A stretch of 64,000 nt of DNA from Candidatus Binatia bacterium. Its GTDB lineage: Bacteria > Desulfobacterota > Binatia > Bin18. Below, in pieces: positions 28,996 through 38,833 of the stretch; within the stretch, counting starts at the first letter, position 1; the number at the start of each line of letters is the position of its first letter. The position numbers and the translations under genes are program-made. The stretch covers positions 1 to 64,000 of the forward strand of contig CAXXHG010000043.1 of assembly GCA_963666315.2 (NCBI GenBank), in the 5' to 3' direction. The notes beneath the pieces were generated by a model, which was given only the letters and a program-made list of their open reading frames with translations, ran no database searches and was not told the DNA's origin.

Positions 28996-30138
28996 ATGGC
29001 CCACGCATACACTCCAGGCCTGTGTGTCACACCTGACACAACCATACGGAAACAGCGCCTCCTGCCGCTTCCAGGAGAGGTCATGGTGGCTGTAGGCGAC
29101 ATCGTCTCCGCACCCTCGGTTGTGGCGCGGGCCGAGCTACCCGGACGCGTATACCCCATCAACATCGCGAATCGGCTGAGCATCTCACCCAGCGACGTGT
29201 CTTCCTACCTCCTTGCTCACGAGGGAGACAGTGTCATACAGGGACAGCCGATTGCTGAGAATCAGCCTTGGCTCAAGTGGTTCCAAACCCAAGTCAACGC
29301 TCCAGTCACGGGTATTATCGAGACCGTCTCACACCGCACCGGCCAGGTATTCGTGCGTGAGCCGCCCCAGAATCTTGAGCTTGAGGCGTATGTTGAAGGC
29401 CGGGTCACTGCCGTCATGCCAGAACAAGGTGTGGTTATTGAGTCACGCGGTGCACTGATTCAAGGTATTTGTGGCGTTGGTGGGGAAACACACGGACCGA
29501 TTGCCCTTGCTGTCCAAGACCCTGAGGAGACACTCACGCCTGAACATTTAATCCCAGCTCAGCGCGGCGGCATTGTCATTGGGGGTGCCTTCGCCGAGCA
29601 AGCAACCTTTATACGCGCACGAGAGCTTGGCATACGTGCACTCGTCGTTGGCGGAGTCGATGATGCTGATCTCAAAGCACTGCTTGGTTACGACCTGGGA
29701 GTGGCAATAACCGGGACTGAGCAAATCGGCTTTACCCTGATTCTTACCGAAGGCTTTGGTCGTATTCCCATGGCGAAACGCACGTTTGAGCTTCTTGCTG
29801 CACGCGTCGGGCAGCAAGCTTCGTGCAGTGGTGCGACGCAGATTCGAGCTGGGGTGATTCGTCCCGAAATCGTGATTCCGAGACGCGGATCTGAAGAGAC
29901 ATCCGACACAGCACGCACGTCTAATGGAACCGTAGCAACAGCAGACGGTATTCAGATTGGCGATCTCGTCCGGATCATTCGTGAGCCCTACTTCGGCATC
30001 TTCGTGCGGGTGCAAGCGCTTCCTCCTGAGCTGCACCGTATTGCGACGGAGAGTGTTGTCCGCGTTCTGGTCGCGACCTTACCAAATGGCCGGGAAATCA
30101 CCATTCCTCGGGCGAATATAGAGATGATTGAGGGCTAG
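28996..30138 (+). CDS. Conserved hypothetical soluble protein (barrel-sandwich hybrid-like repeats, alpha/beta core, C-terminal KOW-like)
   Basis: GEVMVAVGDIV and EGDSVIQGQPIA...APVTGII resemble biotinyl/lipoyl-like hairpins; IVIGG/LVVGG core; IQIGDLVRIIREPYFG is KOW-like. Confidence 0.75.
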   Translation: MAHAYTPGLCVTPDTTIRKQRLLPLPGEVMVAVGDIVSAPSVVARAELPGRVYPINIANRLSISPSDVSSYLLAHEGDSVIQGQPIAENQPWLKWFQTQVNAPVTGIIETVSHRTGQVFVREPPQNLELEAYVEGRVTAVMPEQGVVIESRGALIQGICGVGGETHGPIALAVQDPEETLTPEHLIPAQRGGIVIGGAFAEQATFIRARELGIRALVVGGVDDADLKALLGYDLGVAITGTEQIGFTLILTEGFGRIPMAKRTFELLAARVGQQASCSGATQIRAGVIRPEIVIPRRGSEETSDTARTSNGTVATADGIQIGDLVRIIREPYFGIFVRVQALPPELHRIATESVVRVLVATLPNGREITIPRANIEMIEG

Positions 30139-30142
30139 CAAA

Positions 30143-31471
30143 ATGGGACTAGGGATGAAGGGGTGGGGATTAGCGTCTAGAGCAGAGAATACTCCAGAGA
30201 AAACACGCCGATTCCCCAGCTGGTGGGTTCAAATCATCATTACGCTTCATGTTATTTCCTTTCCCTGCCGCAGTTTCGCACTAGACGGTATGGTCGTTCT
30301 CACAGTTGAAGCTGTAGCCTTCGACATGCCAGGCGACGGCGGAGGCAGTATTGGACTACGTTGGGACGGACTCTTGGAAGAGACGGCGGAGGCGCGCTAC
30401 CAAATTTTTCTCAGCGACCGGGCAGAGGGCGAGTTTCACCTGGTCGTAACGTTTCCAGCTAAAACCCATTATGAAAAAGATCGCCCGGCTCCCTGGTGGC
30501 TCATGCGAGCACAACGGCCACACACCCATTTTTTTCAGGTCAGCGCGTATGCGGAGGCAGCATTGGTGGATGGAACTGAATATTTCCTTAAAGTCGTCGC
30601 CCTCGCTGGGAAAACACGCATTGAGAGTCCTGTCCTGTCCGCAACTCCACAAGCAAACTGGTTTCATTGGGCCAAGCTCAACAACTTTCTTTTCATGCTC
30701 GCGTTCAGCGCAGGCGTGCTGTTCTCTATACGTTATGCGCGAACCAACCCCAACATCTTTCTGCGCCGCATTCCCGGCATCGATGCAGTAGAAGAAGCGG
30801 TCGGGCGGGCAACCGAAATGGGCCGTCCCATTCTGTATCTCACTGGAAGTGGAGAGTTGACCGGAAGCGGTGATGCCTCCAATCTCTCGACCATTGCCGC
30901 CACGGTCATCCTGGGCGAAGTCGCCAAGCGCGCGGCTGTGTATGGCACGGAGATAAAGGTCCCGCATCGATCCGCCATTGTGATGGCTATTTCTCAGGAA
31001 ATAGTCCGGGAAGCCTATCTCACGGCAGGACGGCCGGACGCCTATTCCGAAGACATCAATTTCTTTATTGCCGCAGACCAATTCGCCTACACCGCGGCAG
31101 TTGACGGCATCATGCTGCGCGAGCGACCGGCAGCCAATTTTTTTATTGGCTATTACTTTGCCGAGTCGCTCCTCCTGGCTGAGACCGGTGTGTCCACCGG
31201 TGCGATTCAGATTGCGGGCACGGATGCCGAGCATCAGCTACCGTTTTTTATCACCAGCTGCGATTACACCCTCATAGGCGAAGAGCTCTACGCCGCCAGC
31301 GCGTATCTCTCGCGCGACCCGGCCCTGGTCGGCACGCTACGTGGGCAAGACTTGGGCAAAGGCTTCTTACTCGTCGGCCTGGTCTTGGGAGTACTGCTCA
31401 TCACGGTCGGCGTGCTCTTTGGGCTGCCGATTTTTGAGACGGCCTTTCAGGTGTTTCACGATTTTCGCTAG
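30143..31471 (+). CDS. Membrane protein with beta-rich N-terminal domain and DUF6754-like domain
   Basis: Signal-like hydrophobic N-terminus, FN3-like stretch, TM, then RRIPGIDAVEEAVGRATEMGRP...QFAY...ESLLLAETG...QLPFF..CDYTLIGEELYAASAY, then C-terminal TM. Confidence 0.78.
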   Translation: MGLGMKGWGLASRAENTPEKTRRFPSWWVQIIITLHVISFPCRSFALDGMVVLTVEAVAFDMPGDGGGSIGLRWDGLLEETAEARYQIFLSDRAEGEFHLVVTFPAKTHYEKDRPAPWWLMRAQRPHTHFFQVSAYAEAALVDGTEYFLKVVALAGKTRIESPVLSATPQANWFHWAKLNNFLFMLAFSAGVLFSIRYARTNPNIFLRRIPGIDAVEEAVGRATEMGRPILYLTGSGELTGSGDASNLSTIAATVILGEVAKRAAVYGTEIKVPHRSAIVMAISQEIVREAYLTAGRPDAYSEDINFFIAADQFAYTAAVDGIMLRERPAANFFIGYYFAESLLLAETGVSTGAIQIAGTDAEHQLPFFITSCDYTLIGEELYAASAYLSRDPALVGTLRGQDLGKGFLLVGLVLGVLLITVGVLFGLPIFETAFQVFHDFR

Positions 31472-31480
31472 GAGGAAGTT

Positions 31481-32128
31481 GTGCTGTTCTGGCAACGGAC
31501 CCTGCCTGTTCTCATTACCTTTGTCTTTGGGATCGCCCTGGTCCTCCAGTATTATGTGCCTCATCCGGCCTCCGAAAATTTTCTCCAAGAAATATCGGTC
31601 TGGAATCAGATTATCGCGGGATTTGCCATTGTACTTGGTGTGGGGAGTCTGCTTTCCACCCATTACCTCAAAATCAAACACCAAGAATCGGGCTGGGGCT
31701 ATAGTGGGGTGCTGTTCGTGTCTATGTTCGTCATGTTCGGCGCGGGATTGTGGGCAGAGGGCAAAGCCGAAGGCACTGTCTTTGGCTGGTTATACGACTA
31801 TGTTCTCGTGGCGCTTCAGGGCACGATGTTTTCACTCCTGGCTTTTTTTGTTGCGTCAGCGGCCTATCGTGCTTTTCGTGCCCGGACGCTTGAGGCCACT
31901 ATCCTGCTCAGTGCGGCAGTTATCGTTATGGCCGGCCGGGTGCCTCTAGGTGAGTACCTGCTGCCCGGCATAGGCCAGATTTCGGATTGGATCATGAACG
32001 TGCCGAACACGGCGGCGCAGCGCGGCCTGCTCATTGGCGTGAGCTTGGGTGGCATCGCGATATCTGTCAAAATTATTTTCGGCATTGAGCGCGCGTATCT
32101 CGGCGGGAGGCAAGATGACAGCGCGTGA
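31481..32128 (+). CDS. Conserved hypothetical polytopic membrane protein (about 6 TM)
   Basis: AGGAGG SD plus GTG; hydrophobic segments; TMFSLLAFFVASAAYRAFR and WIMNVPNTAAQRG motifs. Confidence 0.8.
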   Translation: MLFWQRTLPVLITFVFGIALVLQYYVPHPASENFLQEISVWNQIIAGFAIVLGVGSLLSTHYLKIKHQESGWGYSGVLFVSMFVMFGAGLWAEGKAEGTVFGWLYDYVLVALQGTMFSLLAFFVASAAYRAFRARTLEATILLSAAVIVMAGRVPLGEYLLPGIGQISDWIMNVPNTAAQRGLLIGVSLGGIAISVKIIFGIERAYLGGRQDDSA

Positions 32129-32966
32129 GTTTGCCTCCCGCATGCTGAAACTAGATCGACGCATCATCTTTATGCTGATGGGCGTGGTCACATTGATCCC
32201 TTTGCTCTACCCACTCGGCCTTCCGGTGCGCGTCTCGCCCGAGGCGTATCAGGTCTACGAGACGCTTGAAAAACTACCCGAGCGCTCTGTGCTGCTCCTG
32301 TCCCTGGATTTTGATCCTGCCTCAAAGCCGGAACTCTACCCCATGACCGTTTCCCTGCTACGACATGCTTTTCAACGGAATCTTCGCGTTGTCACGATGA
32401 CCCTGTGGCCGGCAGGCACCAGCATGGCGGAATCCGTAGTCAGCCGACTCGCCCAAGAAGCCGGGAAAGAAGACGGCACAGACTACGTCTTCCTCGGCTA
32501 TGGTCCGGGCGAGGCCAATGCCATTATCGGTATGGGGCAGAGCCTGTCGGCAGCGTTTCCCACGGATTATGCGGGAAGAGCGACCGCGGAGCTGCCGGTC
32601 CTCGAAGGCGTCAGGAGTTTACGCGATATCGATTATGCGATCAGTCTGAGCGCCGGCTTCCCCGGTCTCGAAACCTGGTATGTGTACGGCAAGGAAAAAT
32701 ACGGGTTTGAACTGGGCGGCGGATGTACCGCAGTCAGCGCTCCCAAATTCTACCCTTTACTTCAGACCGGGCAAATTAACGGCCTCCTGGCCGGCTTGCG
32801 AGGAGCTGCAGAATACGAGACCTTGCTCCATCAGGCGGGGAAAGCCACCGCCGGCATGGACGCTCAGTCGGCCATGCATTTTCTCATTATTGGCCTGATC
32901 GTGGTCTGCAATGTCTTTTATGTACTGAGCGGGCAGCACCGAGGGCGGCCACAAATAAATCCATGA
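32115..32966 (+). CDS. Conserved hypothetical membrane-anchored protein (TM, alpha/beta domain, TM)
   Basis: GGAGG SD plus ATG 32115; DFDP.SKPEL, DYVFLGY.PG, GQINGLLAGLRGAAEYE, MDAQS. Confidence 0.8.
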   Translation: MTAREFASRMLKLDRRIIFMLMGVVTLIPLLYPLGLPVRVSPEAYQVYETLEKLPERSVLLLSLDFDPASKPELYPMTVSLLRHAFQRNLRVVTMTLWPAGTSMAESVVSRLAQEAGKEDGTDYVFLGYGPGEANAIIGMGQSLSAAFPTDYAGRATAELPVLEGVRSLRDIDYAISLSAGFPGLETWYVYGKEKYGFELGGGCTAVSAPKFYPLLQTGQINGLLAGLRGAAEYETLLHQAGKATAGMDAQSAMHFLIIGLIVVCNVFYVLSGQHRGRPQINP

Positions 32967-33676
32967 ATCTGGAAACTGTACTCGGTGCGTGGGTTGCCAC
33001 AGGCCTGAGCCTGTTCATCTATTCGTTTCTGTATAAAGATAATCCGTTCTTCAAGCTGGGTGAGCATATTTTTGTCGGAGCCTCGGTCGGCTATCTGCTG
33101 GTCATCACCTACCACGAGGTCATGCTCAAAAAACTCTATCTGCCCCTGATCGAGCAGCACGAGTGGCGGCTGGCGATTCCGCTTGTTCTCGGTCTTCTCC
33201 TGCTGGCCCGGCTCCTGCCGCGGCTGGCCTGGACTAGTCGCATTACGTTTGCCTTTATTTTGGGTGTGAGTTCCGGCGTCGCAATTCCACGCCAGCTATC
33301 ATCGTTCATTCTGCAGCAGATCCAAGGCACCCTAAAGCCGCTGGTGACAATTAGTCCCGCAGGAACAATCAATTTCGGCCTAGCGGAACTCAACACCGTC
33401 CTCATTCTTATCGGTGTGGTGAGTGTCCTGGTCTATTTCTTCTTCTCGATTGAGCACACCGGCAACGTACGCCGCTGTGCACGGGTCGGCATTTATTTTC
33501 TCATGATTTCGTTTGGAGCAGCGTTTGGCTATACGGTCATGGCCCGCATGTCGCTCCTCATCGGTCGTTTTGATGAGCTGGTGTTGTATGCGACGCCGGA
33601 GTATGGCTATGCGACGGTCGTGTTGCTCGTCGCGATCGTTGTGGGATTAATATGGTGGGAGAGACAGACGGTTTAG
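32963..33676 (+). CDS. Conserved hypothetical polytopic membrane protein (about 7 TM)
   Basis: ATGA overlap; YSFLYKDNPFFKLGEHIFVG, YFFFS.EH, FLMISFGAAFGYTVMARMSLLIGR. Confidence 0.8.
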   Translation: MNLETVLGAWVATGLSLFIYSFLYKDNPFFKLGEHIFVGASVGYLLVITYHEVMLKKLYLPLIEQHEWRLAIPLVLGLLLLARLLPRLAWTSRITFAFILGVSSGVAIPRQLSSFILQQIQGTLKPLVTISPAGTINFGLAELNTVLILIGVVSVLVYFFFSIEHTGNVRRCARVGIYFLMISFGAAFGYTVMARMSLLIGRFDELVLYATPEYGYATVVLLVAIVVGLIWWERQTV

Positions 33677-33699
33677 AATGGACCGAAGAAGCCAAGTGA

Positions 33700-33722
33700 T
33701 GGGGCGCTTTTAAGACGCCCCA
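33700..33722. terminator. GC hairpin between convergent operons
   Basis: TGGGGCG...CGCCCCA inverted repeat; no strong U-tract. Confidence 0.35.
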
Positions 33723-33770
33723 CGGCAGAGTCAAATTCCAGCTAGTAAGGAGGGGTGCAGCTCTCTCAAG

Positions 33771-34208
33771 CTATTCTGTGGCTTCCTCAGGCTTTTCAGC
33801 CGCCTTAGCCTTCTCGGCTAGGGCGATGACCTGTCCAGTCGCACCAACCGCCGGAATTTGGAGCCGGGTGCCTTTGATTCTAGCCGCTTTCCCAGACAGC
33901 TCGCGTAAATAGTACAGCTTAGCGCGGCGGACTTTTCCGCGGGCGAGGATTTCGATCTTCTCGATACGAGGAGAGTGGACGGGGAAAATCCGCTCAACCC
34001 CGACCCCATACGAGATCTTCCGCACGGTGAAAGTCGCCCGGTTGCCTTTGCCGTTCGAACGGCTGATAACCGCTCCCTCAAAGACCTGCACCCGTTCCTT
34101 CTCACCCTCAATAATCTTGGCATAGACGCGGACAGTATCGCCGGCTCTAAAATCAGGGATATCTGTTTTCTGATGTTTTGCTTCAATTGCAGCAATCAGG
34201 TTGCTCAT
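33771..34208 (-). CDS. rplS: 50S ribosomal protein L19
   Basis: [44 protein letters not shown]. Confidence 0.98.
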   Translation of the reverse strand: MSNLIAAIEAKHQKTDIPDFRAGDTVRVYAKIIEGEKERVQVFEGAVISRSNGKGNRATFTVRKISYGVGVERIFPVHSPRIEKIEILARGKVRRAKLYYLRELSGKAARIKGTRLQIPAVGATGQVIALAEKAKAAEKPEEATE

Positions 34209-34389
34209 GATGGCGCCCTCCTGTGCGATCTCTCTGTACTTTTTGCAATCAGCAGAACCAAGGTAAAACGTACAAGGCTCTCCCTCATTTCGGACAGATG
34301 AGGTGCAGTGTTGTTATTGCCGTGTATTTGCTGAGCGGACGGCCGAAAGCTGACTACTTCTCCTGTATTACCGTGCCCCTAGCAGGCGG

Positions 34390-34977
34390 TCAAGCAGGAG
34401 TCTCAAGAGACGGTCGAGCAGGAGCCCCAAGCAGACGGTCGAGCAGAATAGCGGCAGCAGCACGAACGGAAAGATGGTTATATGCTCCACACCCTTGGAT
34501 AGGCTCAAGTATTGCCTCTGCCTGCGCGAACACCTCCTCGGTCAGCCCCCAACCTGTCCCGAAAAGCAAGAGCACAGGGCGACCGTTTTGCCCAATGCGA
34601 GTGCGTACTGCCGAAAAAGTGACACGATTTTCTCCACCTCGAGCGGACGTCGCAATCACGCGCGGTTGTTGATGTGTCTCCTGCAGTATGGATTCAAGGA
34701 CTCCGTCCAGGGTCTCGGCCAGAACCACAATCGCCAGCGCGTCTTTGCGGGTCTCATTATACACACTACCATGTCCGTATTGCCAATGATGGAGAATCTT
34801 TTCGGCTAAGGCATGCAGGGTTCGCACAGGGTTCACAACGAAATAGCGTTTGACTCCATACGTGAGCGCAGATCGCGCAATATCATGGATGTCCATATTG
34901 GTAATCGAGGTGGTCACGACTTTGTGCTGTTTGTCGTACACCGGATGATGAATAAGCGCGATATAGACGTCGGCCAT
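34390..34977 (-). CDS. SPOUT-family RNA methyltransferase (TrmD-associated)
   Basis: LIHHPVYDK, TNMDIHDIARS, FGTGWGL, YNHLSVRAA.AIILDRL. Confidence 0.88.
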   Translation of the reverse strand: MADVYIALIHHPVYDKQHKVVTTSITNMDIHDIARSALTYGVKRYFVVNPVRTLHALAEKILHHWQYGHGSVYNETRKDALAIVVLAETLDGVLESILQETHQQPRVIATSARGGENRVTFSAVRTRIGQNGRPVLLLFGTGWGLTEEVFAQAEAILEPIQGCGAYNHLSVRAAAAILLDRLLGAPARPSLETPA

Positions 34978-35041
34978 AACGATTGGTGATAAAGAAACGG
35001 CAATGCAGACTGAGTTATGAATTCAGAGCAGGCATATGCGC

Positions 35042-35770
35042 TCAGTCGTCCCCTCTGAGTTGATCCAACCAGCGTTTGTCTTCCGGGCCAAGGGGGGCTT
35101 TGGCCAACAAGTCAGGCCGACGTTTTCGGGTGCGCAGTAACGCCTGTTTGCGTCGCCAATCTGCAATCTCACCGTGATGCCCCGATAAGAGCACGTGCGG
35201 AACCCGCATACCACGGAATTCTTCTGGTCGCGTATACTGCGGATACTCAAGCAGGCCGGCACTAAAAGATTCGTCTTGGGTTGACTTGCTGCTGCTCACG
35301 ACCCCAGGCACGAGCCGGGCAACTGCCTCGATCAGCACCAATGCGGCGACCTCTCCACCACTGACAATATAGTCACCAATTGAAATCTCCTCATCGACGA
35401 AGGTCCGAATACGCTCATCAACACCCTCGTAACGTCCACATACGAGTATAAGCGCCTCATATCGCAGCAAATCGGCTACCTTGGCCTGAGAGAGGAGTAT
35501 GCCCTGAGGAGACAACAAAATCCGTCTTGCATGCGGTACAGGACGGCCTACCGCTTCGAGAGCGTTCACAACGGGTTCGGGGCTCATCAGCATGCCCCAT
35601 CCTCCACCATACGGCGTATCATCCGTCGAGCGGTGCTTTCCCGGCGCATAATCGCGCAGATTGTGGACGTGAAACGAAAGAATGTTCTTGTCCTGAGCTT
35701 TTTTCAACAAGCTGGTAGAGAGCGGCGAGGAAAACCACTTCGGAAAAATCGTAATAATATGAAAATGCAT
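35042..35770 (-). CDS. trmD: tRNA (guanine37-N1)-methyltransferase
   Basis: [40 protein letters not shown]. Confidence 0.97.
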   Translation of the reverse strand: MHFHIITIFPKWFSSPLSTSLLKKAQDKNILSFHVHNLRDYAPGKHRSTDDTPYGGGWGMLMSPEPVVNALEAVGRPVPHARRILLSPQGILLSQAKVADLLRYEALILVCGRYEGVDERIRTFVDEEISIGDYIVSGGEVAALVLIEAVARLVPGVVSSSKSTQDESFSAGLLEYPQYTRPEEFRGMRVPHVLLSGHHGEIADWRRKQALLRTRKRRPDLLAKAPLGPEDKRWLDQLRGDD

Positions 35771-35780
35771 GGGCTCGTGG

Positions 35781-36359
35781 TTATTCGAGTAACCCTTCGG
35801 GTGGGTCAATAATCACCCGGCGGTTTTCGATGTCCATAGTCTGAACGATGTCCTCGACAACAGGAATCAGATATTCCTTTTTCCCGTTGTGTACGACCCA
35901 CACATCATGCGCCCCAGTGGAGAAGACTTGGGTAATGGTCCCGACCATCTCATCAGCGGTGGTCCGGACAGGCAGGCCGATGACTTGGTAGTAGTAGAAC
36001 TCTCCCTCCTGCAGCGGCAGTAATATCTCTTTTGCTACGAGAAGGACAGAATCACGCAGGGTTTCTGCATGATCACGCGAGTCTACGCCTTTAAATCGCA
36101 GAAGCAGAAAGGAGGCGTGTGGTCTGATTTGCGCAATCTCAAACGTCTGGCCTGCCTGGTCTTCCTTTTGAAGCGTGACCGTAAGGCCATACCGCAACGT
36201 CGCACATGGAGAAGCATACGGGAGGAAGCGAACCTCTCCGCGCACGCCATGCGTGTTGACCACACGACCAAGTTCAATTAACTCAGCCGCAGCTTGCGCG
36301 TTACTTATCTTCGATGATCTCGAGGACAACTTTTCGGTTTGTCCGAGAAGCCGCCGCAT
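35781..36359 (-). CDS. rimM: 16S rRNA processing protein RimM (start uncertain)
   Basis: [44 protein letters not shown]. Confidence 0.92.
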   Translation of the reverse strand: MRRLLGQTEKLSSRSSKISNAQAAAELIELGRVVNTHGVRGEVRFLPYASPCATLRYGLTVTLQKEDQAGQTFEIAQIRPHASFLLLRFKGVDSRDHAETLRDSVLLVAKEILLPLQEGEFYYYQVIGLPVRTTADEMVGTITQVFSTGAHDVWVVHNGKKEYLIPVVEDIVQTMDIENRRVIIDPPEGLLE

Positions 36360-36537
36360 TGATCAAGGTACGGATTGACTTCGCAGTACGGCCTTGTTTG
36401 CCGATAATGCGGCCGAGATCCTCCTTCGCAACGCGAAGCTCAAGGATTGCCGCCGTCTCACCTTGAATTTCCGAGACCTCGACTTCGTCCGGGTTGTTCA
36501 CCAGGGCCTTGGCCAGGTATGCAACGAGTTCTTTCAT
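36301..36537 (-). CDS. khpA: KH-domain RNA-binding protein KhpA
   Basis: LRVAKEDLGRIIGKQGRTAKSIRT; canonical position between rpsP and rimM. Confidence 0.92.
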   Translation of the reverse strand: MKELVAYLAKALVNNPDEVEVSEIQGETAAILELRVAKEDLGRIIGKQGRTAKSIRTLINAAASRTNRKVVLEIIEDK

Positions 36538-36556
36538 GGCATTCTCCCCTACAGGA

Positions 36557-36805
36557 TCAGGATTCCGGTGCTTTCCCCACTTTCTTGATCAGCTGGGCAA
36601 CTATCTCGGTCGGCCGAGCTCCATTCTGCAGCCATTTGTTAAGCTTATCTTGCTTAATCTCAACCACCGCCGGGTTCTTGGTCGGATCATATGAGCCAAT
36701 ACGCTCAAGGAACCGTCCGTCCCGCGGCGCCCGTGAGTCTGCAACCACGATACGATAGAAAGGGCGTTTTTTGGCGCCATGTCGAGCTAGTCTAATTTTT
36801 ACCAT
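36557..36805 (-). CDS. rpsP: 30S ribosomal protein S16
   Basis: [30 protein letters not shown]. Confidence 0.98.
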   Translation of the reverse strand: MVKIRLARHGAKKRPFYRIVVADSRAPRDGRFLERIGSYDPTKNPAVVEIKQDKLNKWLQNGARPTEIVAQLIKKVGKAPES

Positions 36806-36811
36806 AATCTT

Positions 36812-38170
36812 CTAGTTTCCCCAGGCCGGGAGAGAAAAAAGTTTTTTCACTTTCTTCCCCCCTCCAAACCCGGCAAGTCTCCTCATCACCTTTTTTGCTT
36901 CAAGATATTGCTTGAGAAAACGGTTCACCTCAACCACCGACGTCCCACTGCCTTTCGCAATACGCTTGCGGCGGCTGCTATTGAGCAGTTCGGGCTTGTG
37001 CCGCTCCTTTTTGGTCATCGAGCTAATGATCGCCTCAATATGCTTGAAGTCTTTCTCCGCCCCCTCCATATCTGCGCCCTTGAGCATTTTTTTAGCCCCA
37101 GGGAGTAGAGACACCAGGTCCGTAATGGAACCCATTTTCTTGAGCATACGCATCTGCTCTTGAAAGTCCTCGAGCGTAAACTGATTTTTCCTGAGTTTCT
37201 TCTCAAGGACATCCGCCTGTTGCTGACCGTAAACCTTTTCGGCCTTCTCAATCAATGACAGGACATCGCCCATGCCCAAAATACGTGAGACGATCCGGTC
37301 CGGGTGAAACGGTTCTAGCGCATCAAGCTTTTCACCCACCCCAGCAAAAAGAATGGGCCTCCCTGTTACGGAGCGAAGAGATAAAGCTCCGCCCCCCCGG
37401 GCATCACCCTCTATCTTGGTCAGAATGACGCCATCCACCTCAAGACGAGTATGGAATCCGGTCGCGACATTCACCGCTTCCTGTCCGGTCATGGCATCCG
37501 CCACAAGCAAGGTCTGGTGGGGCTGGACGGCAGCTTTCATCCGCTCCAACTCTGCCATTAAAGCGTCATCAATTTGCAGGCGGCCGGCCGTATCAATCAA
37601 TGCAACGTCGCACCCCTGCTGTCGAGCTGCAGCTATCCCTGCCTGGGCAATGGCAACAGGGTCGTCGGCAGAGCCGTCTTTTGGCGTCGGGTAGACGGGC
37701 ACTCCGATTTCTTGGGCAAGAATTTCGAGTTGATCAATCGCTGCAGGCCGAACGGTGTCCGCAGGAATGAGATAGGGAGAGCGCTGTCGTTCGATCTTGA
37801 GATACCGAGCGAGTTTACCAGCCGTCGTGGTTTTGCCTGACCCGTTCAGTCCTACTAAGAGGATCACCACGGGCGGCTGGGCAGACAAGTCCAGCTCGGT
37901 ATACTCCCCACCGAGCAGGGATATCATCTCCGCACTGACAATTTTGATGAGCTGCTGGCCCGGAGAGAGACTGGCCAGGACGTCCTGACCAAGCGCCTGC
38001 ATTCTAATCCGCTCGACAAAGTCCTTCACCACACGGAAGTTGACGTCTGCCTCCAGCAGTGCAAGGCGTACTTCTCGCAAGGCTTCATCGATATTTTTCT
38101 CAGTCAGCTTGGTGTTTCCACGCACGCGGCGCAGCACCCCATCCAGCTTTTCTCCTAGGGCTTCAAACAT
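36812..38170 (-). CDS. ffh: Signal recognition particle protein
   Basis: ALLEADV, GLNGSGKTT, DTAGR, TKIEGDARGG, RILGMGD, M-domain. Confidence 0.98.
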   Translation of the reverse strand: MFEALGEKLDGVLRRVRGNTKLTEKNIDEALREVRLALLEADVNFRVVKDFVERIRMQALGQDVLASLSPGQQLIKIVSAEMISLLGGEYTELDLSAQPPVVILLVGLNGSGKTTTAGKLARYLKIERQRSPYLIPADTVRPAAIDQLEILAQEIGVPVYPTPKDGSADDPVAIAQAGIAAARQQGCDVALIDTAGRLQIDDALMAELERMKAAVQPHQTLLVADAMTGQEAVNVATGFHTRLEVDGVILTKIEGDARGGGALSLRSVTGRPILFAGVGEKLDALEPFHPDRIVSRILGMGDVLSLIEKAEKVYGQQQADVLEKKLRKNQFTLEDFQEQMRMLKKMGSITDLVSLLPGAKKMLKGADMEGAEKDFKHIEAIISSMTKKERHKPELLNSSRRKRIAKGSGTSVVEVNRFLKQYLEAKKVMRRLAGFGGGKKVKKLFSLPAWGN

Positions 38171-38297
38171 GACGTTTCACGCAGTCCGATCAAGCCTCCC
38201 TCACATACAGAAACAGAGCTAGAAAGTCAATCAATTACCAGGTCCGCGCTTGCCGCGCTTGCTTGCGTGGCGTCTTGAAATCGGTTAGCTGTGGGGT

Positions 38298-38732
38298 ATG
38301 AGGGCAAAGCAGAACAAGTTTCTTGTCGGTGCATCTCTTATCGTCGTTGCGGTGGGGTATCTCATTTACACCGGCCTGCAAGAAACAAAAGTATATTATT
38401 TCACGATAGACGAATTTATTCTCAAGAGAGAAACGCTCGCACATACAGACGTACGTATTGCCGGCCGTGTTCAAGATGGCTCTATGCAGTGGGACCCCGC
38501 GGCACTGAAGCTCGATTTTGTGCTCATCCCAATCGACGAAACGACGGCACCTTTGGTGCCCGGCGTCCCGGTTCACTACCAGGGAATTGTACCCGACATG
38601 TTCGCTGAAGGTCGAGATGTCGTTGTGGAAGGGCTTTACACCCCGGAAGAAAATCTCGTTGCGTCGACTATCATGACCAGCTGTCCGTCAAAATACGAAC
38701 CCGAAATAAGCAAGCGGCTCCAAGAAAGCTAG
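38298..38732 (+). CDS. ccmE: Cytochrome c maturation heme chaperone, CxxxY variant
   Basis: N-terminal TM, YQGIVPDMF.EG..VVVEG, TSCPSKY. Confidence 0.9.
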   Translation: MRAKQNKFLVGASLIVVAVGYLIYTGLQETKVYYFTIDEFILKRETLAHTDVRIAGRVQDGSMQWDPAALKLDFVLIPIDETTAPLVPGVPVHYQGIVPDMFAEGRDVVVEGLYTPEENLVASTIMTSCPSKYEPEISKRLQES

Positions 38733-38833
38733 TCCAAAGAAAGTGCAGCCACTGGACTCCGCCGCCCTTCCCTGCCGTCGCTGCAGGATGCAGCGAGGAT
38801 ACAGCTCGGCGCTATACATGGCATAATACATCT

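Noticed and set aside
30356-31234. 292-aa minus-strand ORF
   Set aside because: Antisense shadow of the DUF6754-like gene, with no recognisable motifs.
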